The notes beneath the pieces were generated by a model, which was not told where the DNA came from, ran no database searches, and was given only the letters and a program-made list of their open reading frames with translations. This document shows positions 28,973-40,930 of a stretch of 64,000 bases of DNA, piece by piece. The DNA is from Nitrosomonas sp. Lineage in GTDB: Bacteria > Pseudomonadota > Gammaproteobacteria > Burkholderiales > Nitrosomonadaceae. Numbering within the stretch: the stretch's first letter is position 1; every line of letters begins with the position of its first letter. The stretch is taken from the NCBI RefSeq assembly GCF_021582535.1, contig NZ_CP091134.1, one strand, 5' to 3'. A program made the position numbers and the translations under genes.

Positions 28973-30082
28973 ATGAAAATCAGAAACACCATTATTTTTT
29001 CTTTGCTTGCGCTGAACATGCTGCTGCCGGGTATCAGTTTGGCCGATCGCATCAAGGATTTGGCATCGATTCAAGGTGTTCGCAACAATCAATTGATCGG
29101 GTATGGGCTGGTAGTCGGTTTGGATGGCAGCGGTGATATGACAACGCAAACGCCATTTACAGTACAGAGTGTCATCAATATGCTGGGCCAATTAGGTGTT
29201 AATCTGCCTCCCGGCACTAACCTGCAATTACGTAATGTTGCCGCTGTCATGGTGACAGCGACCATGCCGGCATTTGCCAAACCCGGTCAACATATCGATA
29301 TCACAGTTTCTTCCATGGGCAACGCCAAAAGCTTAAGGGGCGGAACGCTGCTGCTCACTCCCTTGAAAGGAGCCGACAATCAAGTATATGCAATGGCCCA
29401 AGGAAATATTCTGGTCGGCGGTATCGGGGCCGCAGCTGGCGGCAGTAGTGTACAGGTGAATCATCTCAGTGTCGGACGTGTCACAAGTGGCGGTATCGTA
29501 GAACGTGAGATTCCAACGACGGTTGGGCAGGGTGATTTTATCAATCTTGAACTGAATACAACGGATTTTACGACAGTAAACCGTATTGTTGATGCGATCA
29601 ATGGACTTTATCCTACAGCCGCATCCGCAGTGGATGGCCGGGTAGTGCAAGTGAAAGCGCCGGTAGACAATAGTCAGCGCATCATGTTTATTTCTCAGAT
29701 TGAAAGTCTGGATATCAAACCGGCGAGAGCATCGGCAAAAGTAATTGTTAATTCACGTACCGGTTCAGTAGTCATGAATCAAGCGGTAACGCTTGAATCA
29801 AGTGCGGTTGCGCATGGCAATCTGTCCATAATCATCAATACCGAACCGGTGATCAGTCAGCCCGGCCCCTTCGCGCAGCGCGGTGAAACAGTGGTCACAC
29901 AGCGATCGCAGGTTGAAATCCGTACCGATGAAGGAAATTTAATGTTATTGCCGAATGGTGCGGATCTTGGTGAGGTTGTGAAAGCTTTAACGGCGATCGG
30001 CGCTACCACCCAGGACTTGCTATCGATTCTGCAGGCGCTGAAAGCTGCCGGTTCATTGCGCGCTGATTTGGAAATTATTTAA
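28973..30082 (+). CDS. flgI: Flagellar P-ring protein
   Basis: RIKDLA...[36 protein letters not shown]. Confidence 0.96.
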   Translation: MKIRNTIIFSLLALNMLLPGISLADRIKDLASIQGVRNNQLIGYGLVVGLDGSGDMTTQTPFTVQSVINMLGQLGVNLPPGTNLQLRNVAAVMVTATMPAFAKPGQHIDITVSSMGNAKSLRGGTLLLTPLKGADNQVYAMAQGNILVGGIGAAAGGSSVQVNHLSVGRVTSGGIVEREIPTTVGQGDFINLELNTTDFTTVNRIVDAINGLYPTAASAVDGRVVQVKAPVDNSQRIMFISQIESLDIKPARASAKVIVNSRTGSVVMNQAVTLESSAVAHGNLSIIINTEPVISQPGPFAQRGETVVTQRSQVEIRTDEGNLMLLPNGADLGEVVKALTAIGATTQDLLSILQALKAAGSLRADLEII

Positions 30083-30099
30083 CTTACTGGATATTAAGA

Positions 30100-31107
30100 A
30101 TGGTTATTTCACCGGATATTTCAAGCAAACTTGCCGTTGATGCCAAAAGTGTTGATGACTTGCATTTAATGGCCAAAAAAAATCCAGACGAAGCGTTACA
30201 AAAAGTTGCGCAACAGTTTGAGGCATTATTCATGAACATGCTGCTTAAAAGCATGCGCGAGGCGACACCTAAGGATGGGATATTTGATAGTCAGCAAACG
30301 CAGTTTTTTACCCAGATGTATGATCAGCAGCTTGCGCAAAAGATATCCACCAAAGGAATTGGTATTGCTGACATGATGGTTCAGCAATTATCCCGAAATA
30401 ATAAATCGATCGAGCCACAGACCTCGATCGGGCAAACAAATACCATTTTGTCAGCGATTAATTCCATTCAACAGTCTCCATTGGCTGAAGGTATGCATCC
30501 GAATGATAAATCAGGGCAACTGTGGTCAGTCCAGCAAACTTCGTCCAATACGGTGACGCTGGCAGGAAAAATCGATTCTGCAATTGATGGGCTTACCGCG
30601 CCGATTCAGACGGACGTACAGAAGAAAAGCACATCCAGCCAATCGGGAAATTTTATCGATAAACTTTTACCGCATGCCAAAATCGCATCCGAATCAACCG
30701 GTATTCCACCTAATTTCATGCTGGCGCAGGCTGCACTGGAAAGTGGATGGGGTAAACATGAGATTCGTCATGCGGATAATAGTCCAACTTATAATCTTTT
30801 TGGCATCAAGGCCGGTGCTAATTGGAAAGGGGACGTTGTGGAAAAAACAACGACTGAATACATCAATGGTGTGCCACAGAAAGCGATTGAAAAATTTCGT
30901 GCATATAGCTCGTATGCTGAGGGATTCAATGACTATGCCAAGTTGCTCATGGATAACCCGCGCTATGCCAAAGTATTGAATTCGACAGATGCCGCAACAT
31001 TCGCCAATGGCCTTCAACGCGCAGGGTATGCGACTGATCCTATGTATGCAGAGAAATTAATGCGTATCCTGAATAATGAGAAATTGCAGAATCGCGAATT
31101 TATTTGA
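30100..31107 (+). CDS. flgJ: Flagellar rod assembly protein / peptidoglycan hydrolase
   Basis: QQFEALF...KSMREA, AQAALESGWG, NLFGIKA, GYATDP. Confidence 0.95.
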   Translation: MVISPDISSKLAVDAKSVDDLHLMAKKNPDEALQKVAQQFEALFMNMLLKSMREATPKDGIFDSQQTQFFTQMYDQQLAQKISTKGIGIADMMVQQLSRNNKSIEPQTSIGQTNTILSAINSIQQSPLAEGMHPNDKSGQLWSVQQTSSNTVTLAGKIDSAIDGLTAPIQTDVQKKSTSSQSGNFIDKLLPHAKIASESTGIPPNFMLAQAALESGWGKHEIRHADNSPTYNLFGIKAGANWKGDVVEKTTTEYINGVPQKAIEKFRAYSSYAEGFNDYAKLLMDNPRYAKVLNSTDAATFANGLQRAGYATDPMYAEKLMRILNNEKLQNREFI

Positions 31108-31121
31108 TGCAGAATTTTTCT

Positions 31122-31148
31122 TTAATTCTTTGGCCGGTATGCCGATAT
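31122..31148 (+). promoter_or_regulatory. Candidate sigma28 (FliA) promoter of flgKL
   Basis: TTAA-N15-GCCGATAT versus consensus TAAA-N15-GCCGATAA. Confidence 0.7.
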
Positions 31149-31193
31149 TGCCATTATCGTATATTTTTTAAGATCAAGAACTGAAAGAACATT

Positions 31194-33098
31194 ATGGGAA
31201 ATGGAATTCTTGATATTGCAGTTTCTGGTTTAGCAACTGCGCAAAACCAATTACTTACCACTAGCCATAATATTAGTAATGCGAGTACACCTGGTTTTAA
31301 TCGTCAGCAAGTCTTGCTCAGCACAAATACGCCACAATCCAGTGGCGCCGGGTTTATTGGCAGCGGTGTACAATCATCGACAGTGCAGCGTATATACAAT
31401 CAATTTCTTGTTAGCCAATCATTACAAGTACAAACGCAGAGTCAATCGTTGGATAGTAATTATGCTCAGATACAACAGCTGGATAATATGTTTGCTGAGA
31501 CAACATCCGGGCTCTCACCTACATTGCAAAATTTTTTTAGCGCCGTGCAAGATGTTGCCACAAATCCGGGTGTCATTCCCTCGCGTCAATCGATGCTGAG
31601 TAATGCCGATGCGCTTGTGGCGCGTTTTCACAGCATGGATCAACGTATATCGCAAATCAGGGAAGGGATAAATACGCAGATTACCAGTTCAGTAGTTCAG
31701 ATCAACTCGCTGGCCAAGCAAATCGGAGAAATCAACAAGCAAATTATATGGGCGGAGGGTGCGGCTGGCGGACAACCCGCTAATGATATGCTGGATCAGC
31801 GCGATGAACTTATTAATCAATTGAATAAGTTGGTTAATACCGATACTGTGCGGCAAAATGATGGCACGCTAAATGTCTATATCGCGAATGGACAAGCACT
31901 AGTCGTAGGTGCACAAACACTTTCTTTGCAAGCGATTAAGTCACCGGATAGTCCGGATAATTTAACGATTGGGTTGGTTAATGGAAATAGCACGATTCAG
32001 CTACCTGAAGACCAAATATCGGGGGGTACTTTAGGAGGTCTTATGTCTTTCCGTAACACCTCCCTGGATAATGCACAAAATTCATTAGGAAGAATTGCTA
32101 TAACGCTAGCGCAAACTTTCAATGCACAGCACCAATTAGGCATGGATTTGAATGGAGATATGGGTACGAATTTCTTCACCCTGCCTTCGCCCAAAGTGAT
32201 TTCAGCGTCAACTAATAATATTGCATCCAATATCACAGCAGCAATTAGTGACTATAGTGCTTTAACAACAAGTGATTATGAATTCTCGTACGATGGAACA
32301 AATTATACGCTGACCCGATTATCCGATAATGTATCGACAACATCTTCAGGCTCATTCCCGGTAACACTGGATGGTGTATCAGTAACTAGCGCTGCAATGC
32401 TGGCTAGTGAAAGATTCCGGATTCAACCTACCATCAATGGCGCAAAAGATATCAATGTCAATATCACCGATACGACCAAAATAGCGGCGGCCGGACCCAA
32501 TCGCACCAGCGCTGCAACTACCAATACCGGAACAGGTACTATTAGTGCAGGAACAGTAAATCCGCTACCACTGAATTCTGATCTTCAGCAGCCGCTCACT
32601 ATCACATTCCAGTCGCCTTATAATGGAAAATTTGATGTGACAGGGACCGGTACTGGATTACCAGCAACCAATCAGGTGTATACAGCAGGCACTGACATCA
32701 GTTTCAATGGTTATACATTTCAAATTAGCGGTAGTCCTGCTGCCGGGGATGTCTTTACAGTCACTCCTAACAATAACGGTGTGGCCGATAATCGTAATAT
32801 GCTGTTGTTGGGTGCATTGCAAGCAACGAATACGCTGGAGAACGGCACAGCCAATTATCAGACTGCTTATGGGCAGCTTGTCAGTCAGGTTGGTAACAAA
32901 ACACGCGAGCTGGAAGTAACGAGTAAAGCGCAAGCCAATTTGCTGGCGCAAACTGAGCAATCTATTCAATCGATATCCGGTGTGAATCTGGACGAAGAAG
33001 CCGCGAATTTGTTGCGTTTCCAGCAGGCTTATCAAGCTGCCAGTAAAATCATTGAGATGAGCAGTACTTTATTTGACTCAATTCTTCGTTTCGGTTGA
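31194..33098 (+). CDS. flgK: Flagellar hook-associated protein 1
   Basis: SHNISNASTPGFNRQ, LDQRD, SGVNLDEEAANL..FQQAYQA. Confidence 0.95.
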   Translation: MGNGILDIAVSGLATAQNQLLTTSHNISNASTPGFNRQQVLLSTNTPQSSGAGFIGSGVQSSTVQRIYNQFLVSQSLQVQTQSQSLDSNYAQIQQLDNMFAETTSGLSPTLQNFFSAVQDVATNPGVIPSRQSMLSNADALVARFHSMDQRISQIREGINTQITSSVVQINSLAKQIGEINKQIIWAEGAAGGQPANDMLDQRDELINQLNKLVNTDTVRQNDGTLNVYIANGQALVVGAQTLSLQAIKSPDSPDNLTIGLVNGNSTIQLPEDQISGGTLGGLMSFRNTSLDNAQNSLGRIAITLAQTFNAQHQLGMDLNGDMGTNFFTLPSPKVISASTNNIASNITAAISDYSALTTSDYEFSYDGTNYTLTRLSDNVSTTSSGSFPVTLDGVSVTSAAMLASERFRIQPTINGAKDINVNITDTTKIAAAGPNRTSAATTNTGTGTISAGTVNPLPLNSDLQQPLTITFQSPYNGKFDVTGTGTGLPATNQVYTAGTDISFNGYTFQISGSPAAGDVFTVTPNNNGVADNRNMLLLGALQATNTLENGTANYQTAYGQLVSQVGNKTRELEVTSKAQANLLAQTEQSIQSISGVNLDEEAANLLRFQQAYQAASKIIEMSSTLFDSILRFG

Positions 33099-33122
33099 AA
33101 AATAGGATAGAGGTAACTTGAT

Positions 33123-34334
33123 ATGCGAGTGAGTACGGGCACAATTTACGAAACTGGAACTAATTTAATGCTCCAGCAGCAAGAGAAACTGATTAATACA
33201 CAGCAACAATTGTCTACCGGGCGGCGAATTTTAACACCTTCGGATGATCCGATTTCTGCTGCGCAGGTATTAAATATTTCCCAATCGGAGTCACTGAATA
33301 AACAATATTCGGTGAATCGATCCAGTGCAGGTTCCTCGCTTCAACTGGAGGAAAATGTGCTGCGGCAAGTGAACGGAATCCTGCAGGATGTGCACAGCTC
33401 AACTGTATATGCGGGAAATGCAACACTGACCGATGCAGATAGAAAGACACTTGCTACTGAATTGCGCAGTAAACTGGAGTCACTCGTTGGTTTAGCCAAT
33501 ACAACCGATGAAAAAGGGCAATTTTTATTCTCAGGATTTCAAGCTAATACCAAACCTTTTGCCCAGACAGGATTAGCTGTACAGTACGTGGGAGATCAAG
33601 GACAACGCTTAAACCAAGTGGGTCCTGCGCGTCAACTGGCAGTCAGTGATTCCGGCACGGATGTTTTTGAGCGCATTAAGAACGGAAACGGTGTTTTCGT
33701 AACAGCCGCTGGTTCGTCAAACATGGGTAGTGGTGTGATTGATGGGGGATCGGTGCTCACACCTTCGAGCCTTACCGGTGGTAACTATGAGATTACATTT
33801 GCTGTGTCGGCAACTGGTGTTACAACATACGATATCGTTAACACCACAACAGGATCAACGGTTTCATCGGCTAATCCTTATGTGAGTAACAATACAGTCA
33901 GTTTTGATGGAATGCAATTGAGTATTAAAGGAAATCCGGCTAATGGAGATAAATTTACAGTGTCTCCAAGCAGCAATCAAAGCATTTTCAAAACAGTGGG
34001 AGATCTGATTACCGCATTGGAAACGCCGTCAAGCGGACAACCTGGCGGCACCCAGCTGGCGAACAATTTAAAATCAACATTACAAAATATTAATAACAGT
34101 TTGGAACATGTGCTGTCGAAACAAGCTTCTATCGGAGCGCGGTTACAAGAGATTGATACTTTGGAAAGTGTTGGCAGTGATCAAAATATTCAATTTGAGC
34201 AAATGCTTTCACAACTGCAAGATGTTGACTTTGCGCAAGCAACGTCCGATTTGCAGCGGCAGCAGCTGTATCTTCAAGCTGCGCAGCAGTCGTACATCAA
34301 AATTTCCGGACTGTCTCTATTCAATTATATTTAG
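33123..34334 (+). CDS. flgL: Flagellar hook-associated protein 3
   Basis: MRVST, STGRRILTPSDDP, GQFLFSG, LSLFNYI. Confidence 0.95.
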   Translation: MRVSTGTIYETGTNLMLQQQEKLINTQQQLSTGRRILTPSDDPISAAQVLNISQSESLNKQYSVNRSSAGSSLQLEENVLRQVNGILQDVHSSTVYAGNATLTDADRKTLATELRSKLESLVGLANTTDEKGQFLFSGFQANTKPFAQTGLAVQYVGDQGQRLNQVGPARQLAVSDSGTDVFERIKNGNGVFVTAAGSSNMGSGVIDGGSVLTPSSLTGGNYEITFAVSATGVTTYDIVNTTTGSTVSSANPYVSNNTVSFDGMQLSIKGNPANGDKFTVSPSSNQSIFKTVGDLITALETPSSGQPGGTQLANNLKSTLQNINNSLEHVLSKQASIGARLQEIDTLESVGSDQNIQFEQMLSQLQDVDFAQATSDLQRQQLYLQAAQQSYIKISGLSLFNYI

Positions 34335-34340
34335 AGTTGC

Positions 34341-35663
34341 TCAGCCGCGCTTTTCGCTAGTGCCGCGCTGGTAGTTTATGCCTTGATGGCCGATATCGTG
34401 ACGGACTTGAGCGCCATCAAAACGGATATTTTCAACCAGTTTATAAGCCGCCTGTTGTGCCATCTTTACACTATCGCCCAATACCGTGACGCATAAAACG
34501 CGCCCGCCTGCTGTCACAATTTCATTTCCGTTTTTTCCGCCCATCGACGTTCCAGCGTGAAAAATATGAAAGTTGCCGGTATTTTCCTGTTCTGTGATAA
34601 AATCTTGTAAACCGTAGATCACATCATTCTTTCTCGGATTTTCCGGATAACCCTGCGCCGCCATTACAACGCCGAGCGCGGTACGCCGGTCCCATTCAAT
34701 ATCCGCTTGATCGAGTGTCCCATGAACGGCATGCTCGATGAGCGGTAATAGATCGCTTTTCAAACGCAGCATAATCGGCTGCGTTTCCGGATCCCCCAAG
34801 CGGCAATTGAACTCCAATACTTTTGCTTGATCTCCGGTTGTGATCATCAAGCCGGCATAAAGAAATCCGGTATAGTGGATGCCATCTTGTTTTAGCCCAT
34901 TAATGACCGGATCGATAATATTGCGCATGATATGCGCGTGCAGGCTGGGGGAAACAAAAGGAGCGGGTGAATAAGCGCCCATTCCGCCGGTATTGGGGCC
35001 CTGGTCACCGTCATAAAGCCGTTTATGGTCCTGACTGGTTACTAACGGAACGATATGATTGCCATCGGTTATGACGATGAAGCTGACTTCCGTGCCTTGA
35101 AGAAATTCTTCGATAATGATTTCCTGTCCCGCGCTGCCAAGATGCTTCTCTACTAACAGTGCATTCACAGCGGAATGTGCCTCGTCTTGCGATTGCGCCA
35201 CGACGACGCCTTTCCCGGCTGCCAGACCGTCGGCTTTAATGACAAGCGGAGCAGGGTGTTGTTCGATATAGGCGTGCGCCAATTCTGGATCTGTAAATCT
35301 TGCATAGGCAGCAGTCGGTATGTGATGCCGTTGCATGAATTCCTTGGCAAAGATTTTTGAAGTTTCCAGTTGCGCGGCTTGCCGGGTTGGGCCAAAGATT
35401 TTCAGGCCAGCTGCCCGGAATGCATCCACGATACCGGCGGCCAGCGGAATCTCCGGGCCAACTACAGTGATGGCAACCGATTCTTTGGTTGCAAACTCGA
35501 TCAATTCGGGAATGGAAGTCATCGGGATATTTTCCAGTCCGGGTTCCAATGCAGTACCGGCATTGCCGGGCGCCACAAATACCTTGTGCACGCGCGGCGA
35601 AAGGCTTAACTTCCACGCTAAGGCATGTTCTCTGCCGCCGCCGCCGATCACTAATAGTTTCAT
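34341..35663 (-). CDS. purD: Phosphoribosylamine--glycine ligase
   Basis: GGGGREHAL, KADGLAAGKGV, QDHKR, GPNTGGMGAY, EFNCRLGDPETQ. Confidence 0.97.
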   Translation of the reverse strand: MKLLVIGGGGREHALAWKLSLSPRVHKVFVAPGNAGTALEPGLENIPMTSIPELIEFATKESVAITVVGPEIPLAAGIVDAFRAAGLKIFGPTRQAAQLETSKIFAKEFMQRHHIPTAAYARFTDPELAHAYIEQHPAPLVIKADGLAAGKGVVVAQSQDEAHSAVNALLVEKHLGSAGQEIIIEEFLQGTEVSFIVITDGNHIVPLVTSQDHKRLYDGDQGPNTGGMGAYSPAPFVSPSLHAHIMRNIIDPVINGLKQDGIHYTGFLYAGLMITTGDQAKVLEFNCRLGDPETQPIMLRLKSDLLPLIEHAVHGTLDQADIEWDRRTALGVVMAAQGYPENPRKNDVIYGLQDFITEQENTGNFHIFHAGTSMGGKNGNEIVTAGGRVLCVTVLGDSVKMAQQAAYKLVENIRFDGAQVRHDIGHQGINYQRGTSEKRG

Positions 35664-35675
35664 GATAGCGGGTAT

Positions 35676-37235
35676 CTAATGCCTGAAATGACGAACACCG
35701 GTAAATACCATGGTGATCCCTTGCTCGTCAGCCGCGGCAATCACTTCCTGATCGCGGATACTGCCGCCCGGTTGAATGACCGCTGTGGCGCCGGCTTGAA
35801 CGACTACATCCAAACCATCACGGAACGGGAAGAATGCATCCGATGCGACAACGGATCCCGCTAACGTTAGACCGGCTTGCTGTGCTTTGATGGATGCAAT
35901 GCGTGCGCTATCCACGCGGCTCATTTGCCCGGCACCGATGCCCACCGTCTGGCCGTTGCGGCAAAATACAATCGCATTGGATTTAACAAATTTCGCAGCG
36001 CGCCAGGCGAACAGCAGATCATCCAGTTGCTGCGGTGTCGGTTTTAATTGCGTGACGACTTTTAAATCGGCGGCGGTGATGTTTTGAATATCCGGTGTCT
36101 GTACCAGAAGACCGCCGCCAATCCGTTTCAGATCGTAGGTATTGTGTCCTGCCCGTAACGGCACAACCAGTACCCGGATATTATTTTTCTGTGCCAGAAG
36201 CTGCTGCGCTTCCGGTGTGATTTCAGGTGCGATAATGACTTCAACGAATTGTTTTAGAATCGCTTCAGCGGTGTCTTTGCCGATACTCCGGTTAAATGCG
36301 ATGATACCGCCGAAGGCAGAGACGGGGTCAGTCGCAAACGCCAGCTGATAAGCGCGCAGTGTGGTTTCCGCAATGGCTATGCCGCATGGATTGGCGTGTT
36401 TGACGATCACACAAGCGGGGTTGTCGAAAGTTTTGACACATTCCCACGCGGCGTCGGTATCGGCGATATTATTGTACGATAGCTCTTTGCCTTGTAACTG
36501 CTGATAATTTGCCAGACTGCCCGGTGTGATGGTTTCATCCCGGTAGAAAGCTGCTTTCTGATGCGGGTTTTCGCCATACCGTAAAGGCTGTGCAATGGTG
36601 AAATTCAGATTCAGCGAATCGGGGAAATCTTGGTGCCGGTAATCGCTGTCCAGTGCGGTTAGATAGTTGCTGATGGCGCTGTCGTAAGAAGCGGTATGCG
36701 TAAATGCTTTCTGCGCCAGCTGGAAGCGCGTGGCCAAGCTGATGGAACCCTTATTTTCCGCCAGCTCCTGGCTGAGCGGTAAATAATCCTGGGGATCGGT
36801 GACAATGGCAACTTTCCGGTAATTTTTTGCGGCTGCACGCACCATGGTGGGACCACCGATGTCGATATTCTCAATGGCATCTTCAAAACTGCAATCCGGG
36901 TTTGCGATTGTTTGCTTGAAGGGGTAGAGATTCACGATGACCAGTTCGATATTCGGAATCGATGCTTGTTCGAGTGCTTGCTGATGATCGGGTAAATCGT
37001 TACGCGCCAGTATGCCGGCGTGAATTTTCGGGTGCAGCGTTTTGACCCGGCCGTCCAGCATTTCCGGGAAGCCGGTATAGTCGCCCACCTCGATCACGTT
37101 GATTCCCGTTTGTTGCAATAATTTGGCGGTACCGCCAGTGGACAGAATGGTGACGCCATGCTGAGTCAATTTTTGCGCCAGTTCTATAATTCCGGTTTTG
37201 TCCGAAACACTGATGAGTGCGTGTTTAATGGTCAT
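35676..37235 (-). CDS. purH: Bifunctional AICAR transformylase/IMP cyclohydrolase
   Basis: [47 protein letters not shown]. Confidence 0.97.
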   Translation of the reverse strand: MTIKHALISVSDKTGIIELAQKLTQHGVTILSTGGTAKLLQQTGINVIEVGDYTGFPEMLDGRVKTLHPKIHAGILARNDLPDHQQALEQASIPNIELVIVNLYPFKQTIANPDCSFEDAIENIDIGGPTMVRAAAKNYRKVAIVTDPQDYLPLSQELAENKGSISLATRFQLAQKAFTHTASYDSAISNYLTALDSDYRHQDFPDSLNLNFTIAQPLRYGENPHQKAAFYRDETITPGSLANYQQLQGKELSYNNIADTDAAWECVKTFDNPACVIVKHANPCGIAIAETTLRAYQLAFATDPVSAFGGIIAFNRSIGKDTAEAILKQFVEVIIAPEITPEAQQLLAQKNNIRVLVVPLRAGHNTYDLKRIGGGLLVQTPDIQNITAADLKVVTQLKPTPQQLDDLLFAWRAAKFVKSNAIVFCRNGQTVGIGAGQMSRVDSARIASIKAQQAGLTLAGSVVASDAFFPFRDGLDVVVQAGATAVIQPGGSIRDQEVIAAADEQGITMVFTGVRHFRH

Positions 37236-37474
37236 TTAATTTGATATTGCTTCATTTTTTGACGTAGCGTATTGCGGTTTATCCCTAGTAACTCAGCGGC
37301 CTGAGTCTGGTTTCCTTTGGTATATTGGATAGCGATTTCAATTAAAGGCTTTTCAACGCTATGCATGACCATATTGTAAATATGGCATGGTTTTTCCCCG
37401 TCCAGGTCATTGAGATATCCGCTGATAGCTTTGCGTATGCAAGATGCAATTTCATTTTCCTTGATTGCATTCAT
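37232..37474 (-). CDS. fis: Fis DNA-binding protein
   Basis: [18 protein letters not shown]; lies between dusB and purH. Confidence 0.92.
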   Translation of the reverse strand: MNAIKENEIASCIRKAISGYLNDLDGEKPCHIYNMVMHSVEKPLIEIAIQYTKGNQTQAAELLGINRNTLRQKMKQYQIK

Positions 37475-37481
37475 AAACTGA

Positions 37482-38486
37482 CTACTCCCCCTCTTTGATA
37501 TAACTCAATCGTTGACCTTTCTCAGCTAATGTAGAGAAAAACTTATTGGTTTCATAAATTTGTTGATCACTGGTTTGTAACTGATTCATTGACTGACGAA
37601 AGCTGGCAGATCCAACCAGTCCCTTGGTATACCAGGAGATATGCTTGCGTGCGATGCGGACACCGGAGTATTCGCCATAGAATTCATATAAATCATGCAA
37701 ATGATTGATGAGCACATGGTGAATTTCAGATACTTCGGGTGCTTGCAAATGTTGACCGGTGGCGAGGTAGTGATTGATTTCACGGAATATCCATGGCCTG
37801 CCTTGCGCGGCGCGGCCTATCATAACCGCGTCTGCATTGGTGTAGGCAAGAATATGGCGGGCTTTTTCCGGTGTCGTGATATCGCCATTGGCGATGACAG
37901 GAATTCTAATGGCGGCTTTAACTGCTGCGATGGTGTCGTATTCCGCGGTGCCGGTGTATGCGCACGCGCGTGTGCGGCCGTGGATTGCGAGTGCTTGAAT
38001 ACCGGAATTCTCAGCGATATGCGCAATCGAAAGGGCGTTTTTGTGTTGTTTATCCCAGCCGGTACGTATCTTGAGCGTTACCGGAATATCCACGGCTTTA
38101 ACTACGGCGTCTAAAATTTTTCCCACTAATTGCTCGTCTTGCAATAAAGCGGAACCGGCCATGACGTTGCAGATTTTTTTGGCCGGGCAGCCCATATTAA
38201 TATCGATGATCTGAGCGCCATTATCCACATTGTAACGTGCCGCCGCCGCCAGCATTTGCGGATCGGCGCCGGCAATTTGCACGGAAACCGGCGAGACTTC
38301 ACCCTCATGGTCGGCGCGCCGTTGCGTTTTCTTGGAGCCCCACAGCAATGAATTGCTGGACACCATTTCTGACACCGCCATGCCTGCGCCCATCGTTTTG
38401 CACAATTGCCGGAAGGGGCGGTCGGTCACTCCCGCCATTGGCGCGACAATGAGTTTGTTTTTCAGAATGTGTGTGCCAATTTGCAT
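37482..38486 (-). CDS. dusB: tRNA-dihydrouridine synthase B
   Basis: APMAGVTD, DINMGCPAKK, HGRTR, ANGDI, MIGRAAQGRPW. Confidence 0.96.
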   Translation of the reverse strand: MQIGTHILKNKLIVAPMAGVTDRPFRQLCKTMGAGMAVSEMVSSNSLLWGSKKTQRRADHEGEVSPVSVQIAGADPQMLAAAARYNVDNGAQIIDINMGCPAKKICNVMAGSALLQDEQLVGKILDAVVKAVDIPVTLKIRTGWDKQHKNALSIAHIAENSGIQALAIHGRTRACAYTGTAEYDTIAAVKAAIRIPVIANGDITTPEKARHILAYTNADAVMIGRAAQGRPWIFREINHYLATGQHLQAPEVSEIHHVLINHLHDLYEFYGEYSGVRIARKHISWYTKGLVGSASFRQSMNQLQTSDQQIYETNKFFSTLAEKGQRLSYIKEGE

Positions 38487-38649
38487 GTAAGCGGTGTGTG
38501 TGGGTTAAATAAGCAGTGATTACCGGGAAGCTTTAATCCGAATGACTGGCGTCAAAATTGCCGCATGAGAGTATTCACATAATTCCGCAGCGCATAATGG
38601 CGAATTATAGCTTTAGTTTTGCCGGGCAGATAGTGGATAGAGAATGAAA

Positions 38650-39822
38650 TTATCCGCGCGCGCCGAATATCATGCGGCGGGCGACAAATCGTTTCAGCGG
38701 CGGCATGCAATCCAGTGTGCTCAAACCGATTCCACACGCATGTTTGAGTATTCCATTGTCATTGGAAAAAAGCTTTATGAGTGAATCGGTAAAAATTCTC
38801 CCGCCGCTGCTGTCCATTTGTCTTTTTTGCCGGTAGCCGGACAGCATCGCTGCTGTGCCGATTTCCCGCGATGCGCTTTGGGTATTGATGGCCTCGCAGG
38901 CTAATTCGTATGCATCTCTCAATCCCAGGTTAAATCCTTGTCCGGCGACGGGATGCAATGTCTGAGCGGCATTGCCGATTAATGCCGTGCGTTGCGAGGT
39001 AGTGGAAATTGCGTGTTTCAGTGTGAGCGGGAATGCCGATCTTTTACCGGCGTGCGTGAATTGTCCAAGCCGATCGCCAAAATGCCGGTGCAAGCGGAGC
39101 AGAAAATCACGATCGCTTAACGAGGTGATCTCTTGCACTGCTTCAGGGCTTACCGTCCAAACCAATGCGAAATCTTCATCATTGGGCAGCAATGCGACGG
39201 GGCCATCGGCAGTAAAACGCTCGTATGCAACACCGGTTTGTTTTTTCTGCGCTTTGATATTGGCGACCACAGCGAATTGGTGGTAGTCATGCGTCTGATA
39301 GACGATATCAGGTAATTGCTGGGCCAGTTTTCCGCCATCGGCCAGGACCAGCAACTGAGCGGTTACTGTCTGTTCTTTTCCCTGGTAATTAAAATGCACC
39401 GTGCCTAGGTTCTCAGTGGTCTCTAACCGGGTGACCGCCGCACCGGCAATGTAACCGGCGCTGCTGGCGGTCAAGCGTTGGTGCATCGAGCAAAAAAGAT
39501 CGTGATAGTTGACCACGAATCCTAACGCCGGAACACCGGCATCTTCCGGCGTTAAAACAGTTTGGCCGAAGCTGCCGCGATTGGAAATATGAATTGTCGT
39601 GATCGGTGTTTTTTTTGCCAGCTTGTTCCATACACCCAAACGATGCAGGATTAAGTGGCTGCCGTGCGATAATGCCAGCGGGCGGGGATCTTCATCTTTT
39701 TCCGGTACACCGCGTGCTTCCAGCAGCAAACTTGAAATGCCGGTATCCTGCAGCGCAAGCGCCAAAGCCATGCCCACCGGTCCGCCGCCAATGATAACGA
39801 TGTCGTAATGATCGGTGATCAT
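38650..39822 (-). CDS. ubiH: UbiH/UbiF-family FAD-dependent hydroxylase
   Basis: GGGPVG, LADG, AYERFTADGPVALLP, GNAAQTLHPVAGQGFNLGLRDA. Confidence 0.85.
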   Translation of the reverse strand: MITDHYDIVIIGGGPVGMALALALQDTGISSLLLEARGVPEKDEDPRPLALSHGSHLILHRLGVWNKLAKKTPITTIHISNRGSFGQTVLTPEDAGVPALGFVVNYHDLFCSMHQRLTASSAGYIAGAAVTRLETTENLGTVHFNYQGKEQTVTAQLLVLADGGKLAQQLPDIVYQTHDYHQFAVVANIKAQKKQTGVAYERFTADGPVALLPNDEDFALVWTVSPEAVQEITSLSDRDFLLRLHRHFGDRLGQFTHAGKRSAFPLTLKHAISTTSQRTALIGNAAQTLHPVAGQGFNLGLRDAYELACEAINTQSASREIGTAAMLSGYRQKRQMDSSGGRIFTDSLIKLFSNDNGILKHACGIGLSTLDCMPPLKRFVARRMIFGARG

Positions 39823-40124
39823 AGTGTTTCTTGAAGTTTTCGCAGAATATTAATGTGTAGTTGATGGACCGGATGCCATATTTTGTCCGGGAAACCCGGC
39901 AGAAACCTCTTCATCCTGATCAGGGTCATGATTGCTGCGTACCGAATACGGCAAGAGAATAGCATATTGCCACGAGTCGTGGAATGTGCCGGGGGAGTCC
40001 GCCATGATGCGCAGGCAAGAAAGCGGCTTAAACTGTATAATCGCAGCATTCATTGTCTGAAACCGGTGCTGCGGTGATCATTTGAGAATTTTCTGTGTGA
40101 ATAAAGGATAGGAAGGAATTTTGC

Positions 40125-40874
40125 ATGATGAGATTTTTTGAAAATAAACTTGCAGGATGGATAATTTTTTTACTGGCCATTATTTCCACTGAAGTCTGCT
40201 CAGCGAATGTGGATAGCGAATTGGTCAATGCCGCGGACAAGGGCAACTTTCCACTGGTAAAAAATATACTGGATTCGCAGCGCATTGCACAAGAGGAACT
40301 CAATACCGCTTTTCTGGCAGCGGTTAAAAAAGGTCATGCGACTGTAATCGAGCGATTTTTACAAGCGGGTGTGGATGTCAATTTAAGAGCGGATGATCAA
40401 TATACCCCGCTAATGCGGTCAGCTCGCGATGGCCGTGAACAAGCTGTTGAAGTTTTGCTGGCTGCCGGCGCCGATGTCAATGCGCCTGCTGCGGAAGATG
40501 GCACGGCATTGATGATGGCTGCGGAGAAAGACCGGAGGAAAGTCATTGACTTATTGCTGGCGGCGAAAGCGGATGTGAACGCAAAGCGCCCTGACGGCAT
40601 GACCGCGCTTATGCTGGCCGCGCAGCAAGGCTACCGGCAGATTATTCAAACTTTGATCAATGCCGGCGCCGATGTCAATTATCAATTGGAAAATGGCGCG
40701 ACAGCACTCATGCTGGCCGCGCAACATGGTCATCTGAGCGCGACGCACGCGTTATTGGCGGCAAACGCCAATCCAAATCTGAAAGCAAGCAATGGCACCA
40801 CCGCATTGACGTTGGCCAATCGTTACCGCTATCGGGAGATTATTGAATTGTTGGTGAAAGCTGGCGCAAAATAA
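40125..40874 (+). CDS. Exported ankyrin repeat protein
   Basis: Signal peptide and about six repeats of type GxTALMxAA...LLxAGADVN. Confidence 0.92.
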   Translation: MMRFFENKLAGWIIFLLAIISTEVCSANVDSELVNAADKGNFPLVKNILDSQRIAQEELNTAFLAAVKKGHATVIERFLQAGVDVNLRADDQYTPLMRSARDGREQAVEVLLAAGADVNAPAAEDGTALMMAAEKDRRKVIDLLLAAKADVNAKRPDGMTALMLAAQQGYRQIIQTLINAGADVNYQLENGATALMLAAQHGHLSATHALLAANANPNLKASNGTTALTLANRYRYREIIELLVKAGAK

Positions 40875-40930
40875 ATTTGAAAATACATGACGTTGTTATC
40901 GTTAAACTAAGTGAATAAAGGAAACTACAG

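Noticed and set aside
39819-40053. Two overlapping short ORFs upstream of ubiH
   Set aside because: No recognisable domain in either frame; cannot tell gene, remnant or leader apart.
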